This document shows positions 1-13,760 of a DNA stretch of 64,000 nt, in pieces (positions within the stretch are counted from its first letter, which is position 1; each line of letters opens with the position of its first letter). The notes beneath the pieces were generated by a model. It was not told the DNA's origin and did no database searches. It saw only the letters and a program-made list of their open reading frames with translations. The stretch lies in NCBI GenBank assembly GCA_965112155.1, contig OZ218110.1. One strand, 5' to 3'. Source of the stretch: Podarcis liolepis. Its lineage: Eukaryota. Made by a program: the position numbers and the translations under genes.

Positions 1-1290
1 TAGCACAGAAATATTTGCATATGCCAACTCCCCCAACCCAACCCAAGAGAGGATTAAGCTGTATGATCATTTAGATGGAAATGACTTGTAAAGTAAACAG
101 ATCTTGGTCCGTGTGGATTTGAAGCGTCTTGATACTCCATAGTTAAGCTGTATGAAGCTGTGCCATAATTGCTAGCTCAAAGTAAATGGATTCAGCTTTG
201 AACTGTGAGTGCTAATCCATCCAGGGCAAGTGACCTCTCCAAGCTTCTCTCTTTTTAAGGATCACAGTGCTGAAAGGGACCAAAAGATAATCAAGTCCAA
301 ACCCTTAGCATGAATATTCACACACTATCTACCACACTGAAGGCAGAGGCTACAGGATGCCACCAGCAGAGAACTGTTGCACCACACAGATTCTCGAGTG
401 AATGAACCAATCTATGTAGTACTGGAAAAAGTAAAAGTAAGATAGAGCCATTTAATTCAAAGCAAGTAAGCTAAACCACATTGTATATAAGAAGTTAATC
501 CCCCCCCCAAAAAAACCTGTTCCTCTTCACATACCCTCTCTCATGATATAATGGCTAGTTCCATGGAAACTTGTTGTGATCAACACTGCATCTATGTGCT
601 CAGAGGCACACTTCTCTCCAGCTGACCAGCATGTGCTGAGAAAACTGCCCCACAAAATTATTGCAAAAAGGATTTATTAGATGTTGGCTTCTGTGGGGAG
701 GCATTTTTGTGAATGGATATTCTTGCTGGCTGGCAGCAAAGTAAATTCAGAGTACGGGGTCAAACTCCTTATTCATATAAATAAATGTTACACAACATGT
801 ATTTCCACCTTCTACCCTCCCCAAATCTAGCCACTACTTTCCCCATCATTGTTCCATTTGCGGGAGGGGACAGGCACCAACCTAGAGAAGTACATTCTCC
901 CTCTGCCCTCAGCCTGGGATACAGTGTGGAAAAGAAATTAATGGTCTATAGTGCCCTTTGGGCAGGTGATAGGAGATGAGAATAGCAGACTGTTAATTCA
1001 TGACTATTGAACCTTACTGTAATGCAACCTTCTCTTTGGCTTCTTGCAAATGTCAAGAGAAGGGTGACACAAGAACCAATCTGTGGGCACTGTGCTGAGG
1101 CAGAGCACACAAGGGTCCTTCAGCCAAATCAAAGCCTTTCTGTGAGATGCATGGGAGGGGCCCATATTCATGTCCAGATCCTGTCAAATAGAACATTCTT
1201 TTAAAATCTCTTCTCCAGCACTTGCAAAAAAAAATATGCCTTGCAATCCTTGTATCAATGATGCTCACTATGAACCTGTTATCACATCCA

Positions 1291-1434
1291 TCTAGAATAG
1301 CTCAGTTGGTAGAGCATGAGACTCTTAATCTCAGGGTTGTGGGTTCAAGCCCCATGTTGGGCAAAAGATTCCTTCATTGCAGGGTGTTGGATTAGATGAC
1401 CCCCATGGTCCCTTCAAACTATATGAGTCTATGA
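1291..1434 (+). mobile_element. tRNA-Lys(CTT)-derived SINE with CR1-type 3' tail
   Basis: TAGCTCAGTTGGTAGAGCATGAGACTCTTAATCTCAGGGTTGTGGGTTCAAGCCCCATGTTGGGC, then GTTGGATTAGATGACC..GGTCCCTTC..CTATGA; acceptor stem broken and CpGs decayed. Confidence 0.85.
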
Positions 1435-4400
1435 TAGATGGGAAATCAAGTCCAAGAAAGAATCTGACTTGCATAGGTAATGTCTGATTAAATATCAGAA
1501 GGTAAGGATGAACTATTCATATTTGTCAAGCTGAGAAAGAGTCCATGAGGTAAGTAGAACTACTAATCACAAAGAGACCATGCTAGTTCTAGTGTATATA
1601 TTTTATTTTTTGCTTAAGTCTCGACCCAGTTGACCCTGGTGACTGAGAAGAGAAATTATTTTTCTGCTGAAGTGATCATGGGAAGGAGTAATGTCACCTC
1701 CAGACAACTATTCTATACTGACACATTATCTACTCTACCCTGTCCTCGTTTGACTCCACCCAGTCCTTTGTTTCTGTTCTTGCCATCTGTCCTCTCCATA
1801 TTTCTTTTAATGGAAATTAGTTGCACTACGATGGACTACCATCCTGCATGCTCTTTAGAATAAGCTATAGTGCTATATCACCCTGGCTGGGATTCAGCAA
1901 GATTAAGCCCCAATTTGTAAAGCTTCCCAAAGTTATGGAGAAATGCCCCCCTCTTTCCAGAAAAAATATATGTTTTATTTGGAGTTTGTGAGGTCTTCCT
2001 GCCTTGTCCCCAACCCCATGAGGTTCACTCCCCACTCTCCTCCACCTGCGCCTGAAAGGTTGGAATCCTGCATCCAAATGTTTTATCTTTTCCACCCCTG
2101 TTAATTGCCAGCACGCCAGGTTGCAAGAGGCTTTCACACAATTACTGCGAACTCCCCCTCTTTTTTCAAGCTGGAAGGTAGCTGCATTATGGTGCAATGC
2201 CTGCTCCCAGAGAGCTTGACCCACAGAATGGCTCCCAGAGCATGCTGGAGAGAGGAGTGAATGATGAGGGTGAGAGTGAATTAGTCAGCATGGACAAGAG
2301 AGATGAAAAAGCAACTAGCGGGAAGGACCAATGGAGCACGTGTGTGTGTGTGTGTGTGTGTGTGCATACGGACATACACACGTGCGCCTACTCCTGCCTC
2401 TTTTTAAAAAACAATTTTAACTGAGTAAATTGCCAGGATGCCCTAGCACAAACTTCTCTCCCTTTCCCACTCCTTCAAGTGTAGTCAGCTGTGTACCACC
2501 GTTACACTTTTAAACAGCTATAAAGGCTATGATTGCTGTGCTAAACCTTTGCTTGTTTCCATCCCCCCCAAAAAGAATGGCAGTATTCAGCACCACCGTG
2601 AAGTACACCACAAAGAAGCAAAATTAGTTCAGCACATTGCCAGGGCTATAGCACAACAAAAGCAGAACCCACACCCTCCCAAAAAATAATAAATCAGAAT
2701 GTTTGTGGTACAAAATCTTACAGGTTTCCTGCAAAAAGCTACAGACCATGCATGGCTTGTGGCAGATGCTATGAGACCATCCAGAAAGGTATTGAAGGTG
2801 CAAATTGACTTGGAACATGGGAGCACATATGACCATCCTGATACCCTGAAGAGTCATCTTGTGCATTAACAGTCCTATGCAGAAGGACCCTGTTACTGTT
2901 TGCAGAGTCAGCTGTGGTCATTAAAGGGCAAGAACAGTTCATTATGTTAGAAAATAGTGGTTTCAATGAACACGATGCCCTCTTTCCACCCTCTGCAAGG
3001 AGCTACACAAGCATAAATAGCAGGCATCTTGGCTGTCAGGGTGTCCCAAGTAGCATGAATCTTTCAGGGGACCCCGAGCCACTGGCTGACAGCCTCCATC
3101 TTCCAGCACTACTGTGATCCAGAAACAATTTTAGCCAGCAATCTGAAATCTACTCTGCACTAGCCAGATTTAATGTGATTGTGGCTCCTGTTCAATAGCA
3201 GAGCTGGAGAATAATGCTAGTCAAATTTGACAACTGAAAAACAGTTTTCAAGTTTGACTTCCTTGGAATTCTAAACATTTTTCAAATTCTGCTTCTGAAA
3301 TTTAAGTAGCTCTGGCAAACGGATGCTTGACAGCATTGCCTTTGATTATTTATGTTTTCCAGTAGTATCCCCACAATGATTCTACATCTTATTTCTTTCT
3401 TTTGCTTTAGATGTTATTGAAAATAATTTGAAAAGTAGCTCTCTAGTGTACTTTCCTTAAATACAAAAGGCCACAGTCATTTGGCATGGTGCTCAAGACG
3501 GCTGGAGGATACCATGAAAACCAAAAACTACAATCCCCATCCCCCAATATTTAACAGCTTGCTCTAATAACTGTTCACTTCCCCTACAATGGTAGGTATA
3601 AGCAAAACATTTGTGTCCTACATCTGTTACTTAACAGAATCCATAGAAGGAAAGGTTGAAAAAGATTATCTAGCTAAGAAAATATAAATTAAGACTTTTT
3701 GTGATGTGATTCTCAAGCAAATTCTTTCCCCCAAATCCCATTCAGCTCAATTTAATGACTTCAAGAGTGCTAATGCTGCAAGCATTGGTCCTGCTGTGAC
3801 TTGCAAACTAGGGGGTTTCCTGGCTACTACTATTTTGTGGGTGGGATTCAATCACACACCAGCAAATTCAGGTTGCACAATAAAAGTGGATTTGGTGCTC
3901 TTGTGCAACAAACCCACTTCCCTCCCCAGCCCCCCCAAAACTGAACTTTTTGCAGCAAGGAAAGGGACAGGAAAGTGCACTGGAAAGTGTTGGATAACAC
4001 TTGCTTGTTGAAAGATATAACCTCCTCACAAACAAATCTCAATGAATGCTCCATAAACAGCCAATATCATACGGATAACCTCCCACAAACGTCATGCAAA
4101 CCAATCCAGAATGAATGCTCGACAGGCAGTTAGTTTGGAAGCTGGTGGTGGTTTCAGGATGGAATAGTGGAAGCACACATACTTCTCAAAATTGAATCTT
4201 TCGCACTAACCAGTTTTCACACAGTTGTATTAGTTGATGTCACTGGCACCTCACAGTCTGAAGGGCTGACACAGTCCTAGAGGTAAATCAGGGAACTGCC
4301 TGGGGCACCAGAATAGCCAGGGGCTCTTGTCTCAGCTATGTTAATGTCTTGGAGACAGAACTGGATTGATCAAGTTTTCTAATGCATGCTTATATGTGAA

Positions 4401-4473
4401 GTGAATTGTCTAAAGTATGTTAGCTGATGGTGCCTAGAATTTAATCCAAATCTGTGGAGTAGAGTGGTATGAT

Positions 4474-4609
4474 CAGTGCTATTTTTCTAGAAAAAGAGTT
4501 GCCAGAACTCAGCATAAACGCCTTCCTTGTTCACTTATAATGGCAATGGTGCCCACTTGAGAGGTGCTGGAACTGAATTCCAGTGAGTTCTGACTGAAAA
4601 AAAGCCCTG
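4474..4609 (+). mobile_element. Non-autonomous hAT MITE
   Basis: CAGTGCTATTTTT..AAAAAAAGCCCTG termini; perfect 8-bp TSD GGTATGAT. Confidence 0.88.
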
Positions 4610-7600
4610 GGTATGATGGTCCAATTATTGAAGTTAAAAACAAAAATAACATCCCATGCCCATTTGATGTTTTACGGTTATGCTGCTCAGCCTACAGTAA
4701 GTCGCAGGGGAGGGGAGGATTTTAATTGACCTAGGGCAACAAAAACCCTTCAGCTGTCCCTCAGAGTCTATACTCAATAACGCAGCACAGCCTAGCATGA
4801 TCTTTATGCCTGGTAGTTCCAGCGCATAAAAACGACCGCCTCACATCTTGCTTCCGAGTCCCTTAGCAACAGTTATTTAGACAAACAATTTGCAACACCT
4901 TCTGTCCTGTCCCATCTTGTGAGCCAAATTTCTCTCCCCCACCCCTCTAAGTCTGCACATGTTGGCACGTTTGAGCAGCTTCATAAAGCCCAGTATTCCT
5001 CCACATTTAAAAAAAACAAACACAGCATGCAGGCTGTGGGTACAGAGTCATTGTACCATAGCACATACTCACCCTGGTTTTTGTTCAGCAGACACACATA
5101 CAGTGAGAACTGTACATACATCAAAAAACCTGAGTGTCCTCTGAAAGCCCTGCTCCTTAATATCAAAGTGGCAGCTCTGTATGCACCTTTGTTTGTACAC
5201 TGGCGTCAGAAGCCGCAAACACCATAAAGTATGACTTAGAAATGTTTGCAGACACACACAGAGGGACATGCACTAGACACGCACCAAGGAGCCCTGATTG
5301 CATTCAGCCCCCTTGCCTATGTCCACTTATGTGTCTCTTATCAACATTTTTCTGAGTTTCACATCTAATGAGTTTCACACTGAACATCAGCATGCATGTG
5401 GCAAATGCTCTCAGTGCATTATTTATCAAATAGCCCCAAATGCTACAGATTGTTTTGGGCTGCAGGAGTGCAGAACAAGCATATAGGCACAATGAGTCTC
5501 TGACAACCTGGAGCAAATCTACCTGATAAATAGCTGAACTAGTTCATAAGACAAGGAAAAGATCCTCTGGACCTGCTAGAAAGCGTCCCTTGAGGAGGGC
5601 TCCCGCCTGCCTGACGCCATAGCTGGCATTATCTGCAGCCTGCATTTAAATGCACTGCAGCAGATCTGCAGTCCTGCCCTCTAATACAGCAAAAGATGAA
5701 ATCCCAAAGTATTTTCAAAGAAATCTAGCCGTTAGAGACCAGTTTTGCTGGTTTGGATCTGTTACGTTCCAGTGCTTAATTTGATGTCATGCTCAAGGAT
5801 GGGCAATAGCATATCATAATATAGACAACAGCTGTAATTTTCCCCATGACTATATATCATAGCTGGTGATGCCACCTTACTCCTGTAGCATGTAGCTGGG
5901 CTCACTTGCCAGAGTCACTTACTTTGCAGACTGTACCTGCTCTCCCTGTTTGAGGTATACTTTGGCCTCCATAAGCTATTATGTGGATGGATACTCCTGT
6001 TTTGTGTGCTAGGAGTTACCTAAATAACATCCTGAGGCCTTAAAATTTCCGCACTGCATTTCATGCAGCTCCACAGTAATACTTTAATTCACCAAAGAGC
6101 AAAAAGATCTTAAATCCATCATTCCTCCCCTTGTTTCAGTCCATGTGCTGATTCCTTAGAAGAACCTATACTCCAAGCCATGTTATCAGTTCTACACAGT
6201 GAGTGGCTATTGTTGCATGTGCTTGATATCTGGAAAGGCACAGATCTCTTCACTTAAAAGGAAAGGGCGACTGCTTGACTTCATTGCTATAGTTACTATG
6301 AAGTATATATATATATAAAACACAACAAACAGTCTTAAAATACACTTCTTTTCTTTTTCTCCCACTTTTTTGCAACTTAGTCTGCAATATATCAAAAAGG
6401 AGACCATTGAAGTTTGCTGAGAATCTTGTCACATTCATCAAAATCTCTTCCTCACCCACCTCAACCTGAAGTCTGATCTGACATGTCTAAATCTCAATTG
6501 AAACGTTCAGTTTGAAATTGTGTCACAGAAAAGTACTTTTTATTTAACATATTTGATCCAATATACAGAACTACGAGAATACGGTATTCCAATACTCTCC
6601 AGGCACAAAGTACTCATCTTCCAAGCCACACTGCAATTACTTGACAATCAATGTCCCCATCACTGATCGCAAATAATCCTGCTTCTATCTTATACTTTTT
6701 TCTTCACTACGTACTAAGTATTCACTTCCCCTACACAAGACTACGTGGTCAGGCTTCACAATAAAAGGGCATGGATCACAATCATTTAGCATCTACCTGA
6801 ACATGTTGAAAACAAAGAAGGCTTTGTTTTTACCCCACTAAAAAAATGGACTGGCAGGAACTGAGGCTGCTTATGTAGGAAATAGAAGTGCGACTCTTCC
6901 CCCCTAAGGATGGACAAATCTATCAGTTTCTCAATTTCTCATTTTTCCAACCTTAAGTTCTGTTTGCCCTGTTTCCGCACACTTTTTGCTCCTGGCCCCA
7001 ATCATCCCTGGCCTGTGGCCCCCAGAAGGGAATGTGGCCTTTAGGCTGGAAAAGGCTCCTCAGCCCTATCTGATTGGTTCAGGAAATGTGAATTAGGTAG
7101 GCTTGCATTAAAATGTGAACTGAATGAATTTCTTCCTCATCCCTATTCTAGATGGGAGGAGCTGCATCAGATCTAGCTTCTAAGAGCTGAGTTATAGCGC
7201 AGCTCCAAACTTAAAATGTATGGTGTGGAGGTGACCTTTATCTGGTCCTTACTTCAGCTTGACAGGAGACGGGACTGACACAGCCCCCGCAAATCAATCT
7301 GAGCCAGATGAAAGGAAAGTGTGCTGCCCACAGAAAGAGTCTGCAACGCAAACAGTCCCCAGTGTCACCAGCTAGGAAGCCTAGCCACAGAGGACACTCG
7401 TCACTAAACAGATTCAAAGTCACTAATCTGAACAGGGGTGGTGGTAGTAGGCTATTTTCTGACACCATATAAATGTATGATCAATCAGATCCTGAATGGG
7501 AAAGAAAAAACAATATGCAAGGCTACATTATATGAGGCTGTGTACACGCCATACCTTTAAAGCATATTCAAAGCGCACTGTGGTTTGCTAAAAGTTGCTG

Positions 7601-9155
7601 GGAGTTGTAACTCTGCTACCTATATTGGATGCAAGTCTCAAGGGTCAATGCAAATCAACCTTAGAAAAACCCAAACACCAATGGGTTTGGCCTCACGACA
7701 GGCTTTCTGGGTCTGACGTGTCTCCCACAAGAGGAGGGCAATCCCCACCTAGGAGCTCACACGCAAAAGGCACCTGCCTTTCTGTTCGACACCTTCAAGG
7801 ACATGCTGCTGCTGCTGCCAGGAATAGAGTCCATCAAATATTCATAAAGCCCAGCTCCACTCCCAAGCCAACTTCAGCAATCAGGATTGACCCAGAATAG
7901 ATTCACAGGCAGCAACCTTGTCTTCCTCTCAGCAGATAAACTACACACACTTTCTCAACCCAGTGCCAGGTTTGACCTCCAGGAGATTCTTTTGAAGACA
8001 GCTCCAGTCCACAAGTAAAGGTTTAGGACATCACGCCACCTGGACTGGGAACTGTGGTTAATCTGAACTATGATTAGGTCCAAACAAGCTAACTTCAAAT
8101 CACAATTGCTGAAGCTGTTATACAGGCAACTTTCATTTTGCACGTGTTTAAAGCATGCATGGTCACACATGTGCGTGCCATTTGCAGTGTACATTGTACA
8201 TGGTTCTCCCTTCATTTTATCCTCACATTGTGAGGTAGGCTAAGATGAAAACCAGTGATAAGACCCAGTGAGCTCCATGGGTGTGGGCATTCAAACCCTA
8301 GTCTCCCAGGTCCTAATCTGACACGCTAACCATTACACCACACTGAATTTCTCCCCAGAGCAAACAGAAACATGGTGGACAGTATTCAGGATCAGACCCA
8401 AGGTTGCTATTTACCAAAAAGAAGAAACAAAGACACGTGCCTATCACATTATTAACATATCTAATTTGTCATTTAATACCTTATTTTATAGTTGAGGCAA
8501 ATTTTAGCTCTGGAGTACATCCTAATGGGAGGGGCTCATTCAAAGGATATGTTTCTCTTTGGAGTGTGGAAGAAATAAGATTCATGGCCTTGAAGGCACA
8601 TCAGACAGCAGGGCTGATCAACATCAGGGACCCAATGTATGTTGCCCTGAGCCCCATCACAGAAGAAGAGTGTGATATAAATTAAATAAATAGGTTGCTC
8701 TTCCAGACAACCTGTTAATTGAGCATTCACCCTGATTTGGGTGCTGAGAAGTTTGACAACCTGATATTGAATGAGCATTCATCCTGATTTGCCCTTGTGT
8801 TAAGCAAGTGTTATCTCACACTTTCCAATGCTTTCCCCCTTCACTTCCCTTATCACAAAAAGCCTGATTTTTTAGAGAAGCAGGTTTGTTGCGCAAGGTT
8901 TCCAAATCAGCTTTAATTGCAAGACCTGTATTTACTAGGATATAACTGAATCCCACCCCAAAACAGCGACAGGCTGGAAGCACCCCAAGTTAAGCCAGTA
9001 AATTAAATAAAGTCACTAAGCTTTGAGTGTGTTGTCGCTTGCACAAGACTTACTTCATAATAAGCATGTTTAGGATTTACTGTGCCCATTAAGTAGATAT
9101 GAGTGTTGTTTTTTATATGCATTGGAGGGCAAAACTATCCCCAGTCCACCTATAC

Positions 9156-9291
9156 CAGGCTTCCTCAACCTCGGCCCTCCAGGTGTTTTGAGACTACAAT
9201 TCCCATCATCCCTGACCACTGGTCCTGCTAGCTAGGGATCATGGGAGTTGTAGGCCAAAAATATCTGGAGGGCCGAGGTTGAGGAAGCCTG
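9156..9291. mobile_element. Palindromic hAT MITE, probably young
   Basis: Perfect 26-bp TIR CAGGCTTCCTCAACCTCGGCCCTCCA; perfect 8-bp TSD ACCTATAC. Confidence 0.93.
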
Positions 9292-10419
9292 ACCTATACT
9301 CACCTATATCCAATGGACACTGGGAAACACAAGCCAGCAGGATGTTCTCCTGCACAAGCCCTACTGCAAGTGCAAACCGTCATTAATTTAATCCCAAATA
9401 TGGTTAGTGCAGGATGACGTCCTGAGATGCACTGTGCTCTTGGTGGCTTTCTTTGCATGGCCTCTGTGCAAAACTGCAGGAAAACCACAACGTGAGTCAG
9501 CTGGGAAGAATGGCAAATTGTAAAGCATGCTCATGTTTATTCAGTTGCAATTCATCCTCATTGTTTTGACGGGACACAAATTCATTTGTTATTCACGGGA
9601 ATGGCACAAACGCTCCATCAGCATTCGCCGTTAGTTAATAGCCACTTAGGGTACTGATTTTCATGTAAGCTCTTCTAGCAGACACTATGAAAGGCTTCAT
9701 TTGTACATCACAGGACACTTCCTTCCCCCATCAAGAACTGGACAAGCTCTTTGAGGCACTGCATCTCTACCTGCTCACAAAGAATCATGGGTGCTTTGAT
9801 TTTGTGATCACCCTTAAAAAAAAAAAGCATGTACAGTATCTGGAATTTGGGTTGCCAACTTTTTTTAAGCTCCTGTGTTTTAACAGGAACTTAATAAGCA
9901 AGAATTACCAGGTGATGGGTGCTCATCTCTATACTGTTAAAAACTTTACCGGGTGATTTTTTGGAAGATCAAGTTACCATTAAATGCACAGGAGCAGGTC
10001 TATTCATTTCCCCACCCTAATCAGTTGGCAATCTTGGGAGTTCACATTTAGGATTTTCTTTGGCCTTCTAATATATCCCAAGGCGTGGGGGGGAGGGGAG
10101 ACAGTGACTCAGTTTGATGGCCTACAAATAGCACAACTGCAAGGCAAAGCACCACCAGACCCCAATAGGCTGTGGCTCAGCATGGTCCATCTCATCCACT
10201 CCTCTCTTATTCCAAATTTCTCAGCTCTGAGCAATAGTCCTGCTTGGGAGAGGCTTCCTTTAACTACCACATCTCCCCATTCTAGGTCTACTCACACCGG
10301 CTGTCAGCAGAGAAATACAGGCAAGCTGCCTGACAGTGACACCAGTATGAGGAAGTCACACAGTAAGTGCCTGGTTGTGGCCTAAGCTCCTAGCCCCCCA
10401 TAGTTCCCTTATTGTTTAT

Positions 10420-10628
10420 TTATTGGAAGTACATTTATATTCCACCTTTTGTCCAAAGAGCTCTAGGTGGTGCACACTCTTCGCCCATTTTATTCCCACA
10501 ACCACCCTGTGAGATGGGTTAGGCTGAGTCACAGTGACTGGTCACCCAATGGGCTTCATGGCTGCGTAGGGATTTGAACCCTGGTCTTCCAAGTCCTAGT
10601 CCAGCACTCTAACTACTACATCACATGG
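10420..10628 (-). mobile_element. Old MIR-like SINE (similar copies about 8210-8345, 18650-18855, 26840-27070 and 33010-33140)
   Basis: CACAACCACCCTGTGAG..GGATTTGAACCCTGGTCT..CTAACTACTACA pattern. Confidence 0.7.
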
Positions 10629-12603
10629 GCTACATGTTATGGGGGAGCCATTAAAGCAGAAGAAGAGGGTGCAGTAGAGGCTTTTAAGAGATGTTATCTT
10701 ATTTGCAGGCAGGCAAAAGCACCTTGTGGACAATTCAGAGCAGGGCTCCAGGAAGGGTATGGACTGGAAGCAGGGGAAGGGAAGGGTCTTGAAGTCCGGA
10801 TAAAGATTGCGGAGGACTGCATTTGGTCCCCAGTTTTGAGGTTTGCCCACCTCTGAAGGGATGTGGGGCCATCAATGGTTAATAGCTACTACAACAGTGA
10901 CCTGCAACACAATTTTGCCAAGGTGTGGCGTGCTCCTCTTCAGGGTTCCAGCCAGCTAGCCATGTTCTTTTCCAGTATTCTCCATTCGACCCATCCTGTT
11001 TCTCTCTCTGTTTTCTAGTTCCCGTTCCCCCAACAGTCAATGAGAATTCCTTGCCCACTGTTATTGGGTTATTTTGGATTCCTCCCCACCTCCCATTTAA
11101 GACTTTCCCTGTAAAGCTTTTTTGTACTTCTATCAAGGTTCCCTCAACCCAAACCTATTGACATGCATGGATTGGTACTGTTCTGGCTGTGGAAGGACCA
11201 GCACTTGCCTGGGAATTCAGGAAACAGAGGAAATGGCAGCTAAACTGAACTTCCATGTTCAGAGTCAATATATCTCCAAGTACCAGGTGTTATGAGCAGA
11301 AAAACAGGGTGAGCCGTCACCTTCAGGTCCCTTCTTACAGCCATCCAGAAGCATTTCACAGTTGCTATTGGAAGCAGAATGCTGGACTCAGTCTGATCTA
11401 GGAAGGCCATTATTCTGAAATAACCTCTCGCTGATTAGTTGAGTCTTATTGAGATGGCTTATTAAGGCAGCTTCCCATCTGTTTTTGTTGTTGCTTCCAC
11501 AGCAAATTAACACCAATTTGCACAGAAAGCTATGGTGGGCGGCAGCACATTGAACGGCAAAAGGGCCGTGCACATAAGTGCCTCTCCTAAACCAGTTCCA
11601 TTGCAGCTCTTTGTAAAGACGCTCAGCACCTCAATGGGAGAGTTTCCTGGCGCAGAGACTGAGAGATTGCAGAAGAAACCTCACCCACCCACTCAAAATC
11701 AATTGGGTATAGAGCACACTTGAGTGGAAGGACAGTCACAATTTCTGTTTCTTTCCAAGAGGGCTCCCAGGCCATGTGCAGCCATGAAAAGTAGAGCAGA
11801 GCATTCACCACACCAACCTCAACATCCTCCTCCCCTCCAAGGCCCAGCTCCTGCCCCTATCCTGTCAGTTCAAAACAATCCCTCCCACATGCAGACATAT
11901 ACACCCTGCAATTTAGCTTTCGTAGGATAGCCTTGCAAGTGTTGATTCCCAGGCAATCACACTGCATCCTGTCCATATGTTACAGCAGCCAATTAGTATG
12001 CATGCTTGTTCTGGAAATCCATGAGATATAAAGTTTGGAGACCAGACTGAAACCTGTGGTTTAAACTGGCATTTCTGCTTGGTGATATAAAACGACAATT
12101 CAAATCCGAGGCATAAAACCATCACCTTGATTTACATCAGTCTATTTACCTTGTTTTGTTTGCGCAGAATCGGGGTTAAGTTGTCAAAGGTTGGGTATAC
12201 ATACTTCAAGGGAACATGATAAAATTTCATTCTGCTTTCCACCAAGTTGTTTTTGTGTGTGCTACTTTTGGTTCACTCTCTTGAGGGGTATTCACACTCA
12301 GGCACACCTCTCAGAAGCTCTTTCTTTTAAGATGCTACAGCTGAAGCAAGATCTCGTTTACCTCCACTGAGACCCAGAGAGGCACAGGCATGCACTCGTG
12401 TCAGTGAAAGCAGCCCTATACTATGGAAAGCAACAATGGATTAGGGGCAGGAGAAGCAGGATCAGACAGACAGAAAGCAAGCTAAGTTTAAGGAGTAAGA
12501 CTTAGATTCATTGCAAGAAGCAATCCAAGACTGGAAAAGTAGTGAGATGCAATCAAGTACGGTAGTTCTAAACAGCACCTGTGGATCTGCTGGTTAGCAG
12601 CCT

Positions 12604-12677
12604 CTTCCTCCTAGTATATGTATAATGCTTGAGCATGTATAATGCTTCCTCCTAGTATGTATAATGCTTGAGCATGT
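12604..12677. repeat. Imperfect tandem duplication of about 40 bp
   Basis: CTTCCTCCTAGTA(TA)TGTATAATGCTTGAGCATGT occurs twice. Confidence 0.85.
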
Positions 12678-13710
12678 GCTGTACAATTCCTCTGTTATGC
12701 TGGCCTCTCCACCCCCACTTACTGTATCTCCCAATATCCAGTTAGATTTCAAGCTCTTTGGCGGCAGGGGCCTATTTTCATCGCTAGCAGGGCTGTTCAA
12801 GTAGTCTTGGTCTCTGAACCTGCCCTCACCCCCAGAACCTACTTAATGCAGTCTCACATATAAGCCAACAAAAGTCACTAGCCTACAGATATTTGAGAGC
12901 TACACTGCCTAGACACGTAATCATTGATAGCAGGGGAAAAGAAAACTTCTACAAAGCTACCTTATTATTAAGTCAGATCGTTGGTGCATCTAACAGCATT
13001 GTCTACACAGAATGGCAGTTGTTTTCTCAGACCTCAGCCCTGCTGCATAAGATCCTTTTAATTGGCGACGCTGAGGATTGAACCTGGGATTTTCTGCATG
13101 CAAAACATGTGCTCAACCACTGAACCACAGGCTCTCTCTCTCTAAAGCAGCCTTCCCCAACCTGATGCCCTCTAGATGCTTTGGACTACAACTCCCATCA
13201 GCCCCAGCCAGCTTCCCTGCCTACTGGTGTTTTGTACTCACCAGAGGCAAGCAGGCACCTCACTATTTACAAGGTAACCCTAACACAGAAACACACACTG
13301 ATCCAGATAGCTTCTTGGAAATTTGCCACAATAGTTTCTTAAAGGGAAAATGCTGTGTATGCTAATTCTCCCAAATACACACACACCCCTACACAACTAC
13401 TCCACAAATTTAAAAGCTCCTGCAACCACCCTCTCCAAACAAGCTTTGGGGGTGGGGGGGGTAGGAATGCTATAGAATGTGTGAATTCTATCGGAGCATC
13501 ATGAATGATGAACCCTTCCCCCTTTCTGGATGACAATCAAGGTTCTCACAAATTCTTTCATCAGGTTTAGAGTGGTTTCCTTCAGTGAGTTCCCCGTCAA
13601 TCAGACCAAACTTTCAATCCTGGGAGTTTGCTCCTAGCACGCATACAATATCTGTGGTTTAGCATTCCCAGGCATCAGGAAAGTTTAATATTCTTTTTCT
13701 ATGAAAAGAA

Positions 13711-13712
<2 letters not shown>

Positions 13713-13757
<45 letters not shown>
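13713..13757. repeat. (TG)n microsatellite
   Basis: Directly visible. Confidence 0.95.

Positions 13758-13760
<3 letters not shown>

Noticed and set aside
1291-1363. Functional tRNA-Lys(CTT) gene
   Set aside because: The 5' acceptor stem is destroyed, CpGs have decayed, there is no oligo-T terminator and it runs into a CR1 tail, so it is a SINE
2586-2606. REST/RE1 site (TTCAGCACC)
   Set aside because: Only the left half-site is present, with no GGACAG right half at canonical spacing
5641-5654. 14-bp palindrome TGCATTTAAATGCA
   Set aside because: Palindromes of this length are expected by chance in 64 kb; no supporting context
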